Shown piece after piece: positions 22,301 to 30,758 of a stretch of 64,000 nt of DNA. The translations under genes were made by a program, and so were the position numbers. A model generated the notes under the pieces. The model saw nothing but the letters and a program-made list of their open reading frames with translations. It was not told the origin of the DNA and made no database searches. Source of the DNA: an uncultured virus (IMG/VR IMGVR_UViG_3300005662_008418) (Duplodnaviria; Heunggongvirae; Uroviricota; Caudoviricetes); the IMG/VR virus record IMGVR_UViG_3300005662_008418. One strand, 5' to 3'. Each line of letters begins with the position of its first letter. Position 1 is the first letter of the stretch.

Positions 22301-23806
22301 AAACCGATCTGGATCCATGCTATTGATTCTACTCATAGCATCTGGATGGCTTGATGTTATATGACTAACTGGAGAGCCAACGAAACCAACTACTTCAATA
22401 GGATCAAGTGGATTAAACCAGGAAAAAAGTGAATCATTGGCCAAATCAAACGACTGATGTCTGTTGAGGTTGAATAATTCAGTAGAATTTTCGAATGACT
22501 GCCCAGTGCACATATAGTGCCATGATCCAACAAAATCTTCAGTTATCCATGGCATGGGATTGTTAACCACGGTACCATTGATTACCTGACCGTATTTTGC
22601 CGCAATCCAGGAGTCCATTTGGTTGATTCCTGATTCTGGAGCATTAATAGATCCAGGAACTCCGCTCTGATTTGGTCTGCCAAAAGGGAAATGAAGCCAG
22701 AATCTTCTTTGTCCCCACTGATACCATGGTTTTATTTGATTAATAATAAATTCGCGCCAATTACTAAAAGTTGCTGGATCATTTATGCCCAAGGACCCAG
22801 CTCTAGTCTGCGTATTCGGATTGCCGTTCCAGTTCACAAAACGAGTCACACTAGATTGCTTCGAAAAATCAAAGTAAACGAATGATCTCATTTCCGCTGG
22901 TGGAGGATCCTTAAACTGATTAAGAGCTGCTACTGCAGGTCTTACTCTCCAGTCTCTTGTCAATGCTGGAAATCTAGCTCTTCTAAATGGAGGCAAAAAC
23001 TCATGATCGCTTACAATGCATAGTATTTCTTTTTCCGTCCCAATGGGACCAGCTGGAGCTGGCAAAGATTTGGCTAGATATGAGATCTGTTTTATATAAT
23101 CACTTCTATCTTCAGTGGATTCGCCATCATTCCATGATAGAAAATCACGCCCATCTATCAGCATGAAATCCAAATCTCTTAAAAGATTAGAGGTAGCAAT
23201 CCATTTTGGATCAGAAGTATTAAAGAATTTATTACTTATTTCCTGAGCAACATCCGTGAGATCCCTGCTGGATATTCTTTGATAATTTGCCCCGTTATCA
23301 ACTGTTCTCCATCTGTTAACACACGGAATTCCAGCCATTCCTATTTTTATGTCTCTTGGAACATTGAGCCGTCCTAATAAGTGAGTCTTAAGAGCTAAGA
23401 CAAAATTGTTATTTAGATTCTCTATGAGATTTAATAGCGATCCCGTGGGTCTATCATCATAAAAATTATCTTCCAATATTATACCTATCACGCTTGGAAA
23501 ATCATACAATATATATTCTAAAGATGAATCTTGGTTCAATTTAGATACTACAACATCCCATAAGGAAAGATAGCTTCCAGCCCGATCCATGCTATCATAT
23601 AACACATCAGATGCGTTTGCTGCTGTATTGCGCCAAGCCTGACCAAAATAATTGCTAAAATTCAGACCAGAAAATGTGCTAGTAGTAGGAAAATCTTCCT
23701 CTCGTATAACCAGTATGTTTCTTCTAGCAACTCCTGGCTGAGCCCTCCATATGGCTTGAGCGTTTGGTGATAGACTTCCGATGGTTGTTGCTGCTAGTAT
23801 GGGCAT
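13400..23806 (-). CDS. giant 3468-aa multidomain protein, putative multi-glycoside-hydrolase-like
   Basis: Uninterrupted ORF with a Ser-rich linker and a duplicated YQWGxRxF..xPFG module. Also FHGVHWDS and a GH42-trimerisation-like segment (VEHGVPHTVV..YDNAPILLIP). Confidence 0.7.
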   Translation of the reverse strand: MPILAATTIGSLSPNAQAIWRAQPGVARRNILVIREEDFPTTSTFSGLNFSNYFGQAWRNTAANASDVLYDSMDRAGSYLSLWDVVVSKLNQDSSLEYILYDFPSVIGIILEDNFYDDRPTGSLLNLIENLNNNFVLALKTHLLGRLNVPRDIKIGMAGIPCVNRWRTVDNGANYQRISSRDLTDVAQEISNKFFNTSDPKWIATSNLLRDLDFMLIDGRDFLSWNDGESTEDRSDYIKQISYLAKSLPAPAGPIGTEKEILCIVSDHEFLPPFRRARFPALTRDWRVRPAVAALNQFKDPPPAEMRSFVYFDFSKQSSVTRFVNWNGNPNTQTRAGSLGINDPATFSNWREFIINQIKPWYQWGQRRFWLHFPFGRPNQSGVPGSINAPESGINQMDSWIAAKYGQVINGTVVNNPMPWITEDFVGSWHYMCTGQSFENSTELFNLNRHQSFDLANDSLFSWFNPLDPIEVVGFVGSPVSHITSSHPDAMSRINSMDPDRFQLFINDCYEPILWSGMSIGFDKGSLGPQAWPGKSVSTYALNGHLCNCTGSNDLNNCYMNDNLQSVWYRWASDLARRHPKRIYMGGVPKKLSVIDSLEPVAQSNLGFLDNDYRLFSFVCDDYEYVSLTENAAINNVHERSEYVSRKQEVVRYAFNDFIPVSVTNQAGGTTLPLEFSSLLSDSAADSVPIELPGGTLVSGLNITSYYKTNNDGSGTLADPWKIFYARHVIMKKRALTGQTIEPLYSSLIEHDKFNTINSILQASGFASSISGYSSWLKANIIMRGNPASVTANTLLFYPRIVRFYSSNGGIISDHEQVVDSVLPAISGCVDGFVLDSLSNARIFKAFSASSINDSDNFGIVFHSRRVIKNDFFANRALQWNMTWSGSDSIDDRGIVEEITDENALSTIISISNPSYESCVCDGAGVIFEDALSSSSSSSSFVVSSSSSSSESAPLPPAQFISSFYSLVNMRSVQGQGEYNSWNCTNNSIFFIGKPEPNGFSPVSQRAFAWECDPANPEVSSPWHNVIYESVIDQYQWGSRAFEIFMPFGDYDASPMHFSVGRNESDPKDYIFGSSFLSLKFWEEEFASIPAGLASPNEIIVPPLGSQASKDRLNALAACPCRWKGFKQAIKALVEGRLSPDPSTGRLPIDEPCKVSLYLNGIRGFGGYRYRSNLWWDKYFYESRDANPAAAFHVHASYADTKFYQDLDYVIQQFVEMKGAIPGTENNIQVGWDVGSGCATPSDAFLWAPSWMLAGGSVPTNQDNPNLTGPEDGQPDYRTEALELSDWYVITRLQEMGINTFIETRPQKYTKRTQVFSTAADNPSLTFPNVVNPRTNLLVPNGSETTATERSVNPSGQPVTSAEFGWDMGWSNKAVVAVDSTFANYESIEQIFGVFMPFEEIPSYHKLSFSNVYPPYDNPTPNPMVRQTSDFYGDKKTLTFQGNTVSIRSLSPSSGYGPYWFLWQLYPIVDTYRYVYNQINGNLNDIKGIVWDIPQSAVYDTMKFMRGLFSIPIFDGVRNYHFQYHRLPESFFDPNESWMESQRIFNESQFLSNPSGYTGGLWTIEGRNFWNTNIRSSSFDEFINMLHSVATNGAPIKSEDQGWSGDIYPNDFYSKGVISNKLFGSEGALPIAPTPVVGRESLPWFQSSDISLQYQYSAFDAVLFCEAYVYKIPGAQQGGTPPQVYQSPLSFCALKDMDPGCASTSDDGPFYKIWQLTGSLPPGWVFGSANASTLTELRQDFASRIGIDRTIRAMSLSGPDMIVVFIKGGGEPLWWDTQIPGLRQFPLFADDGTGADAIGLAIDILQEYKDASNKYKCKLIGYFFPFAWIELNDADYPLAKDIINRNIREGRHGPNISFRSIFKGAGINMDYVNHLVAVHVELAERYMDRETGYGFHGVHWDSSPVYYALDFSPAAKAASGIDTNTDFPFPLTEGTELYNYLIFGPEFNGNVASIMLKTLNPSVGWTDAVRSKLESYIYAIREKEGEFVRLVREGIDTAGFDDFIVLPALISSTYSYELPMNSEYMLPYTSGQKTEIGVEQYVRRKQPSNISTPFGVNALPDFWLGLYHDLLTLNGRNGKRTLAWQIGQWIQPAGMIVGRNCDQTYFNCITAFDALYGNPSQVGFYYGNSIGVLPRDVAVRGWLENHALLCLASHTSIEFMYGFYDWSQYDAPSGLDDFSNTANAFAVQHLPFMRKISSVIRSIKDSKLQLDNRSNATWCLIMTRNEYLWKQGIYPPGNVPPNYARIWPIIGAVQTCVEHGVPHTVVHDATFKAADYDNAPILLIPVPAAELPLEVQQQIELFSGKVIFMEEEYVGASPRLENNFHNTTVDIPSGKTRAQISREKLWDLMVSDGTAISIQTSIEIPGFLPEKPSPLASYEIGNDHFGNSAINIIMMADASWHDVRKHAFYIDWNNGPEFAVDGLCGRQNLLYTQVITNGGPTPVRVEDGGYRRILDTCNCPDGFNRDCYFVDYTSSGSIPINVLPARGKLNYYAGYPPVLGNLRSASVSMNAKQKPLRVRQLLLNPDKGYFDPIDMYVDSDQFDLISFEQGSLAQIQFKNPNSIMPHMGICVEKTSLVISNLDDYVTFLESLSSTLSPTNNIFVLMRCDGITKSKGFNAIQLLTQMSNDAILNQSDYAWIDENHSALCTPSDYWPIGFVEADVSNCAPGQVSISGIIFQKEGICTIAKRIPLIAVDANDFNTPLCGCAANETMTRIERVPYSQDDPESNLWDPLIEASLFKKSQFAHGSFLTIKPISDNTDPFFNVDANGLPIATGILAYLRSIDNEIKSFTQNQKTIADLYSGIILDFYDAFDIDQEAIHPRYCASPHTVQNEQENGYMEARRSIADVNGTFMKTMSKIRLEFPGTLVSARWMGNFGSGNAIQNSKDDPISFSIVDPEFDTRTGLQRRISEAYGPLLEASDFIPIEKTDGTALSTSAVNSSVAYIRNHFVERNSTASGIYESLERKPIFAAAWLPTDHTVWPSGSINGSIPQDGLGALTYNNVNLYSYVKPMIALFNCTNTGGFHESTASDFINGVSCPSRFSSIVSALSSLPEDMRVLRTTRYDQGQFFANPSDRYADGNQSPFAFADIDFVYNDFATIAQALIDNNAVPSHIALDCENGATFSAWSYGTSLSSQNVDNIINDVKWDQAWFESPSPAYMFNYGDLLSHTVDNIKTGTGSFHPQNNPAYLYWNQVMASIFHGILEQSIVKASRDVLGVYNVSNYSGNHSRRWDHGYDPNGHPYINSSIVGNAQSAEFYAGFNQDSIYKILNSDPTRIVRTDATGYGAGTSINSTVNDSWFQMLILVQKIRAMRRATPHIPIRPWIAPRTWSSGYWNAKWAIDSYGFKMYNETIRHFALTGVDVVYYWNGAETTTTVMQQNLVNINTVMNDINVRMGGWTLQILDSSRISFNANYIISGAVAADGSYLWRVTPKPGITLIDENANSVIVDSDGGTWIVKTDPSVPVFTV

Positions 23807-23880
23807 ATGCTATATTTCGATAAATTATTATTATATTTCTGAGCAGGGCTGCCGAAATTAATGATAAAATCTATTATGTA

Positions 23881-26235
23881 ATGTCTACACTAAAAACCTT
23901 TGAACTTCACAACGCAACTGCTGACGATTTTGCCAAGTCAATAGAAATGGCTCAAGCCAATGGCTTTATAGAAGCCAGGCAGGCCAGGCTCAAAAGCAGA
24001 TATGCTGATGTAATATACTTTACCGCCACAGAGGAAGCTGGAAGAGCTATATGTGACTATTTCAATCGCATGAAGGAAATAGGTCAGGATAGATCTGGGT
24101 CAAAAGCATCTTTTGATGGCAGAACTCTTATTATCCCAAGGCAAGATAGCGTTCTTTTTCTTGGCGTAGTGACTTCCATATTCGGATCTGGTAAAGTGCT
24201 TAAAGACCCAACAACTGGGGATATATTCGTATCTTCCCCAGCAAAGGAAGATATATTAAAATTATACAACAGTTTACATATAATTAATGCAGAAATATCT
24301 GGTCTTTCTGATGTTGTAAAGAATCTGGAAATCGCACCGCATGCAGAAAGTCAATATATTATAAAATTAATTCAAGACGGTGACCGGATCGTTATAGATA
24401 TGAAGGGGTATTCAGATCCGACCGCGATACTAAACCTAATAGAAGAATGTTTCCCTTCTACTAATGAAAATTTCGTAGAAGGATATCCTTCGCATGAAAT
24501 AATCAGACTTCCGAATACTGGAAAATATGGATATGATGTAAAATGCATACTAAACGGAAACAAAAATGATTTTTATAGATTTTTGAAAGTATGTGAAGCA
24601 AGAGGGTTCAACACCGAGCAAGCAAAAAGATTTGTTGAATACGCAGTAACTAATGGCATGATAAGTCGCTCCCGAATAGACGGAGAGATTGATATGCTAG
24701 GTGGTGAAGATCAACTGAATAAATCAATTCAGGAGGTAGAGAGGAATTTTGCCGACCACTTACTCAATACCAAGAAGCAGGCTGGAGTCAAAATAAAAGA
24801 TAAGCAAGTGGACGGTATTAAATTCCTATACACTAGGCAATCTGCAATACTTGGCGATGAACCAGGGGTAGGAAAGTCTCTACAACTTATTGCTGCAGCC
24901 CACATAAGACTACAGACATCCGGAGGAAGATGCTTAATCATAACGAAGCCCATCGTTGTAAATCAGTTGGCCAAGGAAATCCAAGGCATGACAAAAAGCG
25001 ACAGCATATCGACTGATTACAACTCAGATGCTCAATGGATGGTTCTTCCGTATAGCATATTTGGCAATGACAAATTACGAGAATCAGCTACTGCAAAACT
25101 GATGTCTGATGCCAAGGCTGGAAAAATAACGGTTATGATCCTGGATGAATCTCACACCATAAAAAATGGAGATCCTTCAGAAAGAGATCCGACTGGTGGG
25201 ATGAAGCACAAAGCACAAAACACCACATTCAATATTCAAGATATATCCAAATATGTACCTTTCGTTTGGGGTGCTTCGGCAACCATGGTGGCTAATGTCG
25301 CTGATGATGTTTACAATCAATTGAAGGCGATCAATCACACCATAGGAAATATGGATTTTGATAAATTCAAAGACAGATTTACGCATCCAAGTGATCATGG
25401 AGTTCGTCTAGAAAAAGCAGATGAGTTAAGACAGGCTCTGATAGATCATGGAGTCTATATTCAAAGGAGCAAAAAGCAAGTCGAGCCCAATCTGCCTGAT
25501 CTTAAAACGTATGAGCAGAATGTTATGGTCAGCGACTCTCAGATTAAGAATCTAGCTGCAGAAAGAGCCGATGGTGGCAAACCAAACATGATGCATGAAA
25601 GAATGGCTGTTGCTGAACTCAAGACAAGTCAATCTGCATCTAAGGCAGAATCCGTATTAAGACAGGGCAAAAAAGTAGCCATATTTACTGGCTTTCGCTC
25701 TTCTAGAAAAATGCTAGTTGAAAAACTGGAAGCTATTCTTGAAAATTTAGGTATGAGAAAAACAGTATATACTATAGATGGAGATCAGACATCTGAACAG
25801 AGGGAAATCATAGTTTCCTCATTCAAAAACCCAGACAGCCCAGTGATGGCAATAGTAATAAATCTGCAGGCAGGAGGAACTGGAGTCGATTTTCCTAATA
25901 TCTTGACAGATGTTATCATAAACGACTTTGATTGGGCTCCATCTACTGATACTCAATCAATAAATAGGTTTTTCAGGATAAGCAGTAAGCAAGATGTAAA
26001 TGTCACGTACATGGTTGCGAACAACACGATGGACGAAGTCATATACAAAAGACTGCAACTCAAGAAGCAAATTGCTGATGCAATAGCTGTATTGAATGAT
26101 GAAGAATCTAGATTGATATCAGAGCAAAAGGGATCTTCTGATGCTCAGCTTCAAAAAACACGCGAAGAGAGAAGGAAATTAATGCTCACTTTAGCGCAAG
26201 AAGAAGCAGAAGATAGATCAAGATTCAATGTTTAA
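23881..26235 (+). CDS. SNF2-family (SF2) helicase/ATPase
   Basis: KQVDGIKFL, ILGDEPGVGKS, ILDESH, ASAT, AGGTGVDF, DFDWAPSTDTQSINRFFRI. Confidence 0.9.
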   Translation: MSTLKTFELHNATADDFAKSIEMAQANGFIEARQARLKSRYADVIYFTATEEAGRAICDYFNRMKEIGQDRSGSKASFDGRTLIIPRQDSVLFLGVVTSIFGSGKVLKDPTTGDIFVSSPAKEDILKLYNSLHIINAEISGLSDVVKNLEIAPHAESQYIIKLIQDGDRIVIDMKGYSDPTAILNLIEECFPSTNENFVEGYPSHEIIRLPNTGKYGYDVKCILNGNKNDFYRFLKVCEARGFNTEQAKRFVEYAVTNGMISRSRIDGEIDMLGGEDQLNKSIQEVERNFADHLLNTKKQAGVKIKDKQVDGIKFLYTRQSAILGDEPGVGKSLQLIAAAHIRLQTSGGRCLIITKPIVVNQLAKEIQGMTKSDSISTDYNSDAQWMVLPYSIFGNDKLRESATAKLMSDAKAGKITVMILDESHTIKNGDPSERDPTGGMKHKAQNTTFNIQDISKYVPFVWGASATMVANVADDVYNQLKAINHTIGNMDFDKFKDRFTHPSDHGVRLEKADELRQALIDHGVYIQRSKKQVEPNLPDLKTYEQNVMVSDSQIKNLAAERADGGKPNMMHERMAVAELKTSQSASKAESVLRQGKKVAIFTGFRSSRKMLVEKLEAILENLGMRKTVYTIDGDQTSEQREIIVSSFKNPDSPVMAIVINLQAGGTGVDFPNILTDVIINDFDWAPSTDTQSINRFFRISSKQDVNVTYMVANNTMDEVIYKRLQLKKQIADAIAVLNDEESRLISEQKGSSDAQLQKTREERRKLMLTLAQEEAEDRSRFNV

Positions 26236-27263
26236 GAAAAATCTACTGGATTGGGTCTTGGCGGAATATCTGCCTTGTTAACCCAGTAATCCTTGGCGTT
26301 AATGGACCTATTTATCTTATGCCAAACATGCTCTGCTGAATTCATGTCCCCAGATCCAGATAGCTCATTAATAACTTTTGAAAGCACTATCTCGCGAGGA
26401 TCGTTTTTAGATAAATTCTTGAAGAGTGGTGCTGATTGTCCTACATAATTACATTGAGATTCTATGAGAGATTTGGCGGAATTAAAATCGAACATATCTG
26501 AAAAGTCGGTTATTCCATTCACCGCATCCTGAGCAGGCTGATCTGCATGAATTCTCCACACAACACTGGCTGGATGATAGTGCAACAAACCAGAGAGTCC
26601 GTATCCTTGAGATTTTACAAGGATATCTTCCAAAGGATACTGGCTGTCCAAGTATCCCATAGAAGATCTTGGATCCCACACATGATTTCCTACGCAGCCC
26701 ATTACCCCAGAATTCCAGCCATTCATTGCAGCAAGTTTAGTTCCGCAAGAAACTCTTGCTCCCGCAAGTAATATACGGTTCGTCCCGCTGAGCATGTTCT
26801 CGCTAGAATCTGGTCTAAAATCTACGCACATCCATGTGGATGCCTGCACCAGTATTGAAACAAACGCATTGAGATTGGTCTTGCTCGATACGAAATTCTT
26901 ATGATTTTTCTTATCGATCACATTGTTATTCTCAAATGGGAATGTGCTTAAGGTCTGAGCAAGGCACCATTTTACAGAAGGATAAGCAGAAGAAAGCGAC
27001 CTTATAGCATCAGCGAAATCGTTGGCAGCAGACTCTGCTTGCGCAAGCGTACATGTTTCAATGTAAGTTCTGATTTCTGGAAAGTCAATTATTCCATATC
27101 TGTAATTCTTAGGATTCAATGTGCTTGCGAAATTAACACATAGATCTGCGTCTATGGAAACTCCAGATCCAGTTAAGCCCATGTCTATATCATGTATTAT
27201 CATGCAGCTTCTTGCAAAATCTGGATAACCAGGATCTATGGAAGTGCATAATAGAGGATTCAT
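26232..27263 (-). CDS. hypothetical protein, possible degenerate glycosidase-like barrel
   Basis: 343-aa ORF. The YGIIDF...YPSVKW pattern is only weakly suggestive. Confidence 0.6.
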   Translation of the reverse strand: MNPLLCTSIDPGYPDFARSCMIIHDIDMGLTGSGVSIDADLCVNFASTLNPKNYRYGIIDFPEIRTYIETCTLAQAESAANDFADAIRSLSSAYPSVKWCLAQTLSTFPFENNNVIDKKNHKNFVSSKTNLNAFVSILVQASTWMCVDFRPDSSENMLSGTNRILLAGARVSCGTKLAAMNGWNSGVMGCVGNHVWDPRSSMGYLDSQYPLEDILVKSQGYGLSGLLHYHPASVVWRIHADQPAQDAVNGITDFSDMFDFNSAKSLIESQCNYVGQSAPLFKNLSKNDPREIVLSKVINELSGSGDMNSAEHVWHKINRSINAKDYWVNKADIPPRPNPVDFS

Positions 27264-27574
27264 TTATCTTCCCTGAAGAAGTTTACTAGCGCAAAAAAGT
27301 ATTTCCACTGTCTATCCCTGGCATAGTCTTTTAATATTTTGTGAACAGTTTGATTTATATCAATTAAACGATATTCCCTGTTCTTCACATCGCCCTTGGA
27401 TGAAACATCATGAACTAGAATTTTGCAGCCATCATGGACTAAAGGAAAAACCTCCGCTTCCATTCTGCGCGAAGGTTTTCCAGTTTCCCAAGCTTTTGCT
27501 GCATGGGATTTATGAAAATGTATTTTATTTTCTATAGATGTGCCGAAATGTGGCTTTTTACTTTTCATTGTCAA
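27260..27574 (-). CDS. hypothetical protein
   Basis: 4-nt overlaps on both sides. Confidence 0.65.
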   Translation of the reverse strand: MTMKSKKPHFGTSIENKIHFHKSHAAKAWETGKPSRRMEAEVFPLVHDGCKILVHDVSSKGDVKNREYRLIDINQTVHKILKDYARDRQWKYFFALVNFFREDK

Positions 27575-27942
27575 TTTTGACGCAGAAGATATCTGGTCTT
27601 ATTCACAATAGCCATCATTTCGTCTCTAATGTTTGCAAGATCAGAATCTTTTTCTGGCTGCAGATCCTTAGAGAACTCTCCATGCATAAACTGAGCCACT
27701 TCACCAAGAAAGCCCTCTGGATCGACTCTTGAGATGTCGTCGACAGAAATGGAAGCTGGAGCATCTAGTTTTACATATCCATATTTACCAGAATATGTCT
27801 CCACGTACGAATCAACCAGCCCATCCAGGGCGGTGTACAGGTCTCCAAGCGCAGTGTGAGCAGAATGCTTTTTGGTCTGCCAATGAAGCAGCTTGATTTG
27901 ATTTAATATTTTAAATAGTGTCGATATGTGCATAGTTTTCAT
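27571..27942 (-). CDS. ferritin/Dps-like four-helix protein (DUF5856-like)
   Basis: LLHWQT..SAHTALGDLY...VDSYVETYSGKYG...DLANIRDEM...KTRYLL. Confidence 0.8.
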   Translation of the reverse strand: MKTMHISTLFKILNQIKLLHWQTKKHSAHTALGDLYTALDGLVDSYVETYSGKYGYVKLDAPASISVDDISRVDPEGFLGEVAQFMHGEFSKDLQPEKDSDLANIRDEMMAIVNKTRYLLRQN

Positions 27943-27971
27943 TACTCCGAACTTCTACTGCGTCCTCTTTT

Positions 27972-29033
27972 TTACCATTTTCCGATTGGGCATTTTGCAG
28001 ATGGATCTGCAGACATTGTTATGATGTTGCTATTGTTGCTCTTAAGACACAACCCCTCGCTATGCTCTGGACATATGACGCAAGTTGATTTTCTATTGTT
28101 TACCACATCAAGACTTATGGCATCTATTATTTTACTCTGAGCCATTTTTGCAGCTGCCTCTGCTTCTGCCTTTCTTCTCTGGCATGGAGCACATCCGCTG
28201 GACGGAGGAGCTGGCGTCGCCGATGGCAGAGATTCCAGACTCTTGACGTAGGGAGCCCCTAGCGCGGCTAGCGCCGTCTTAGACCTCATGGCATGCACAA
28301 TGGCTGGATTGACCAGCGTCTGTAGCCCTGTCATGTAACTCTGATGGCGCCATGGCGTTCCGTCAGGAACTCGGTCAGAGAACTGACCAGTCCACTCCGA
28401 TGCCCAATAACTCTCCCACTTCTCGCCAAATCTATGCGAGTAATCCTTGCTGAACATATGAGACAGCACGGATATAGAGACTTCCTCTGGGAAGTGATAT
28501 CCCTCCCTGGAGGCAAACTGATTAAAATCTTTTGCCACCATCCTTGCATGATCTGCAAATGCTGGTCTGCATATCCAATACCCACCATTGGTATTCCTAA
28601 TCTCTTTTTGCGTTACCCCAAACCTGCGATACAGAGATACCAATTTGTCATTAGGACAAGACCACCAATCACCCCTTCTAGTGGTTGGTGCGTTTACGGG
28701 ACTCTCCAGAAAGGAATGCCATGGATCTTGACCAAGTATCTCAAGAGGATGATGGCTGGGAGATCTGACAAAAAAATGATCGGCATCAATGAACACAAGT
28801 GCATCAGCCTTTTCTCCAGCCATATGCCTTGCTAAATACTCAAACTTCCAGAACTGAGGTTGGTCTTTTGGTATGGAATCATCAAGAGGTCTGTTCTCTA
28901 CATTCTCCAGTATCCTATCGGTGTAGGCTACGAATCTTTCCGTTATCCCATGAGCCCTCATGCTCTTCACCAAAGCCTGAAGCATGTTGGTATGACTTCC
29001 CCAGGCAACAGACCAGTATATAATATTACTCAT
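27972..29033 (-). CDS. glycosyltransferase-like protein with C-terminal Cys-rich domain
   Basis: WKFEYL, VFIDADH (DxD), NTNGGYW, PEE. The C-terminus reads CxxC...CxxCP...CPIGKW. Confidence 0.65.
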   Translation of the reverse strand: MSNIIYWSVAWGSHTNMLQALVKSMRAHGITERFVAYTDRILENVENRPLDDSIPKDQPQFWKFEYLARHMAGEKADALVFIDADHFFVRSPSHHPLEILGQDPWHSFLESPVNAPTTRRGDWWSCPNDKLVSLYRRFGVTQKEIRNTNGGYWICRPAFADHARMVAKDFNQFASREGYHFPEEVSISVLSHMFSKDYSHRFGEKWESYWASEWTGQFSDRVPDGTPWRHQSYMTGLQTLVNPAIVHAMRSKTALAALGAPYVKSLESLPSATPAPPSSGCAPCQRRKAEAEAAAKMAQSKIIDAISLDVVNNRKSTCVICPEHSEGLCLKSNNSNIITMSADPSAKCPIGKW

Positions 29034-30067
29034 TTCATTATCTCCTGCACACAGTTGTTCCAATCATTAATGGACTCTTCTTTATTGCACCAAATGTCAA
29101 GAGCCCACTTTTTGCTACGATCTGAGAATGTCTTCCTCAAGAAGGGATCTTTCATTCTCCTGATCCCTTCTTTCAATTCAGTTTCATCATCCCATAGCCA
29201 TCCGCATCGCTTATCCCATATCATGTTGGGAAAATTATATTTTCTTGGAGCTATTACGGGAACTCCTGCAAGCATGGATTCCACAATAGATCTACTTTGA
29301 TTTTCTATAAATTTATAATTGGAGCAATAGACAAATATATCTATCGCTTTTAGCCATTCTGAAACAGGAACTGAATTAGTTTGACGCAGATTCCATCTTG
29401 CGTCAAATGTATGCCATGCATATTTCTTACTTAGATCCTTGCTCCATCCCAGGATGTCAAAAGATATATCATCTCCCAATCTTTCATAGAATAGAGGGAA
29501 ATCCTCTGGATATTTAAGCCAGTCGTCCCTGCTACTCTTTCCTACAGTTATTGAAGATGAATTTCTAAAAACTGGTTCAGCGCTCCATGTGTCGGCATCG
29601 AAATAATTTGCCAATATGGAATGCTTCTGCATGGGATTAGATGACAAGATCTTTGGAAGCAAAGATGACCTGTGGAATTCACTTGTGAATACCACCATGT
29701 CCACCCAGCCTTTGGATATGGCATCTATTTCATCTGGGTCGCTCCACATCATGTCATTCGCCCATATAAGCCTGAGACCCCTGTCCCTGGCCGCCTGTAT
29801 TCTCCAGGATTCCTTGAAAATCCTAAAATTACAACAGGAAAAAGCAACTCCCTCATATTTCTGAGGGAGCTGGTCAAGTAGACAATATTTCACACCGTAA
29901 CTATTGAGAAATGCTATATTGTCATTTTCAGTTAACCTGAATGGATCATTAGGAACACAGGTTATATCCCAGTCCTTATGCAAAAGCCTTATCAAATCTT
30001 TAAGTCTTGTGTCTGCTCCACCTAAATCCGATGGCCACTGCAGCATTACTAATTTTGGTTTATTCAT
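29030..30067 (-). CDS. GT4-like (GT-B) glycosyltransferase
   Basis: LGGADTRL N-terminal motif; IDIFVY...ENQSRSIVESMLAGVPVIA (EX7E). Confidence 0.85.
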   Translation of the reverse strand: MNKPKLVMLQWPSDLGGADTRLKDLIRLLHKDWDITCVPNDPFRLTENDNIAFLNSYGVKYCLLDQLPQKYEGVAFSCCNFRIFKESWRIQAARDRGLRLIWANDMMWSDPDEIDAISKGWVDMVVFTSEFHRSSLLPKILSSNPMQKHSILANYFDADTWSAEPVFRNSSSITVGKSSRDDWLKYPEDFPLFYERLGDDISFDILGWSKDLSKKYAWHTFDARWNLRQTNSVPVSEWLKAIDIFVYCSNYKFIENQSRSIVESMLAGVPVIAPRKYNFPNMIWDKRCGWLWDDETELKEGIRRMKDPFLRKTFSDRSKKWALDIWCNKEESINDWNNCVQEIMK

Positions 30068-30344
30068 ACTTCTGTTTTGCATTCATGCTTTTCCACATTC
30101 TAATCATGGAAAGAGGCACCCTTTCTAGTTTTGCTTCGTTTTTACCGCCCATGCCCCCACCATGCTTTATCGGCTTGACAAGGGCTTCCTTTTTAATCAC
30201 GTTAATCAGCCTAGCCCTTGACCAATGGCGCTCTTTACCTCCGATAACATTCGGAGGACAACGAACCCAAACTTGCCTGCCTTCGCTAAGCATGGCATGA
30301 AGTTGCTCTTGGGAAACTCTGTCCTGAGTGAGATTGGTGCTCAT
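30060..30344 (-). CDS. hypothetical protein
   Basis: ORF directly downstream of a sigma70-like promoter. Confidence 0.65.
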   Translation of the reverse strand: MSTNLTQDRVSQEQLHAMLSEGRQVWVRCPPNVIGGKERHWSRARLINVIKKEALVKPIKHGGGMGGKNEAKLERVPLSMIRMWKSMNAKQKYE

Positions 30345-30350
30345 AGCAAC

Positions 30351-30378
30351 AACATAGCGCTTAAAAATAGCCTGTCAA
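30351..30378 (-). promoter_or_regulatory. sigma70-type promoter, probably giving a leaderless transcript
   Basis: TTGACA-16 nt-TATGTT, 6 nt before the ATG at 30344. Confidence 0.6.
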
Positions 30379-30395
30379 GTGCTAATGAAGATTTT

Positions 30396-30755
30396 TTAGA
30401 ACTCTAGATCTCTTTGCGCCAAGTAGTTTGCTATGAAACTTTTAGCACTTTTCTCAAGACGAATACGCACGGCGGCTATCGCTCTGCATGCTTCTTGCGA
30501 ATCGTCATAAGATCCAGTCAGATAAAAATGACCATCAATTACAACGTAGGCATCCCAGGTATCTCTTGGCCATGCCTCATCTGCAGGTCGAACCTCTACC
30601 ATTGTCTTAAAGATGGTTCCATTGACTTCAAATTCGCCACGCTCGTCACGTATGTCTTCCTGCTCAGCGAGGAACATCACAAGTTCGGTATCCTTGCTTC
30701 CCTGGTCGTCTTTATTCGTGTTTTTTATCTTGTTTTTGTTCTTGCGGTTATCCAT
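30396..30755 (-). CDS. hypothetical protein
   Basis: Co-oriented, 3 nt downstream of tilS. Confidence 0.65.
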   Translation of the reverse strand: MDNRKNKNKIKNTNKDDQGSKDTELVMFLAEQEDIRDERGEFEVNGTIFKTMVEVRPADEAWPRDTWDAYVVIDGHFYLTGSYDDSQEACRAIAAVRIRLEKSAKSFIANYLAQRDLEF

Positions 30756-30758
30756 GCG

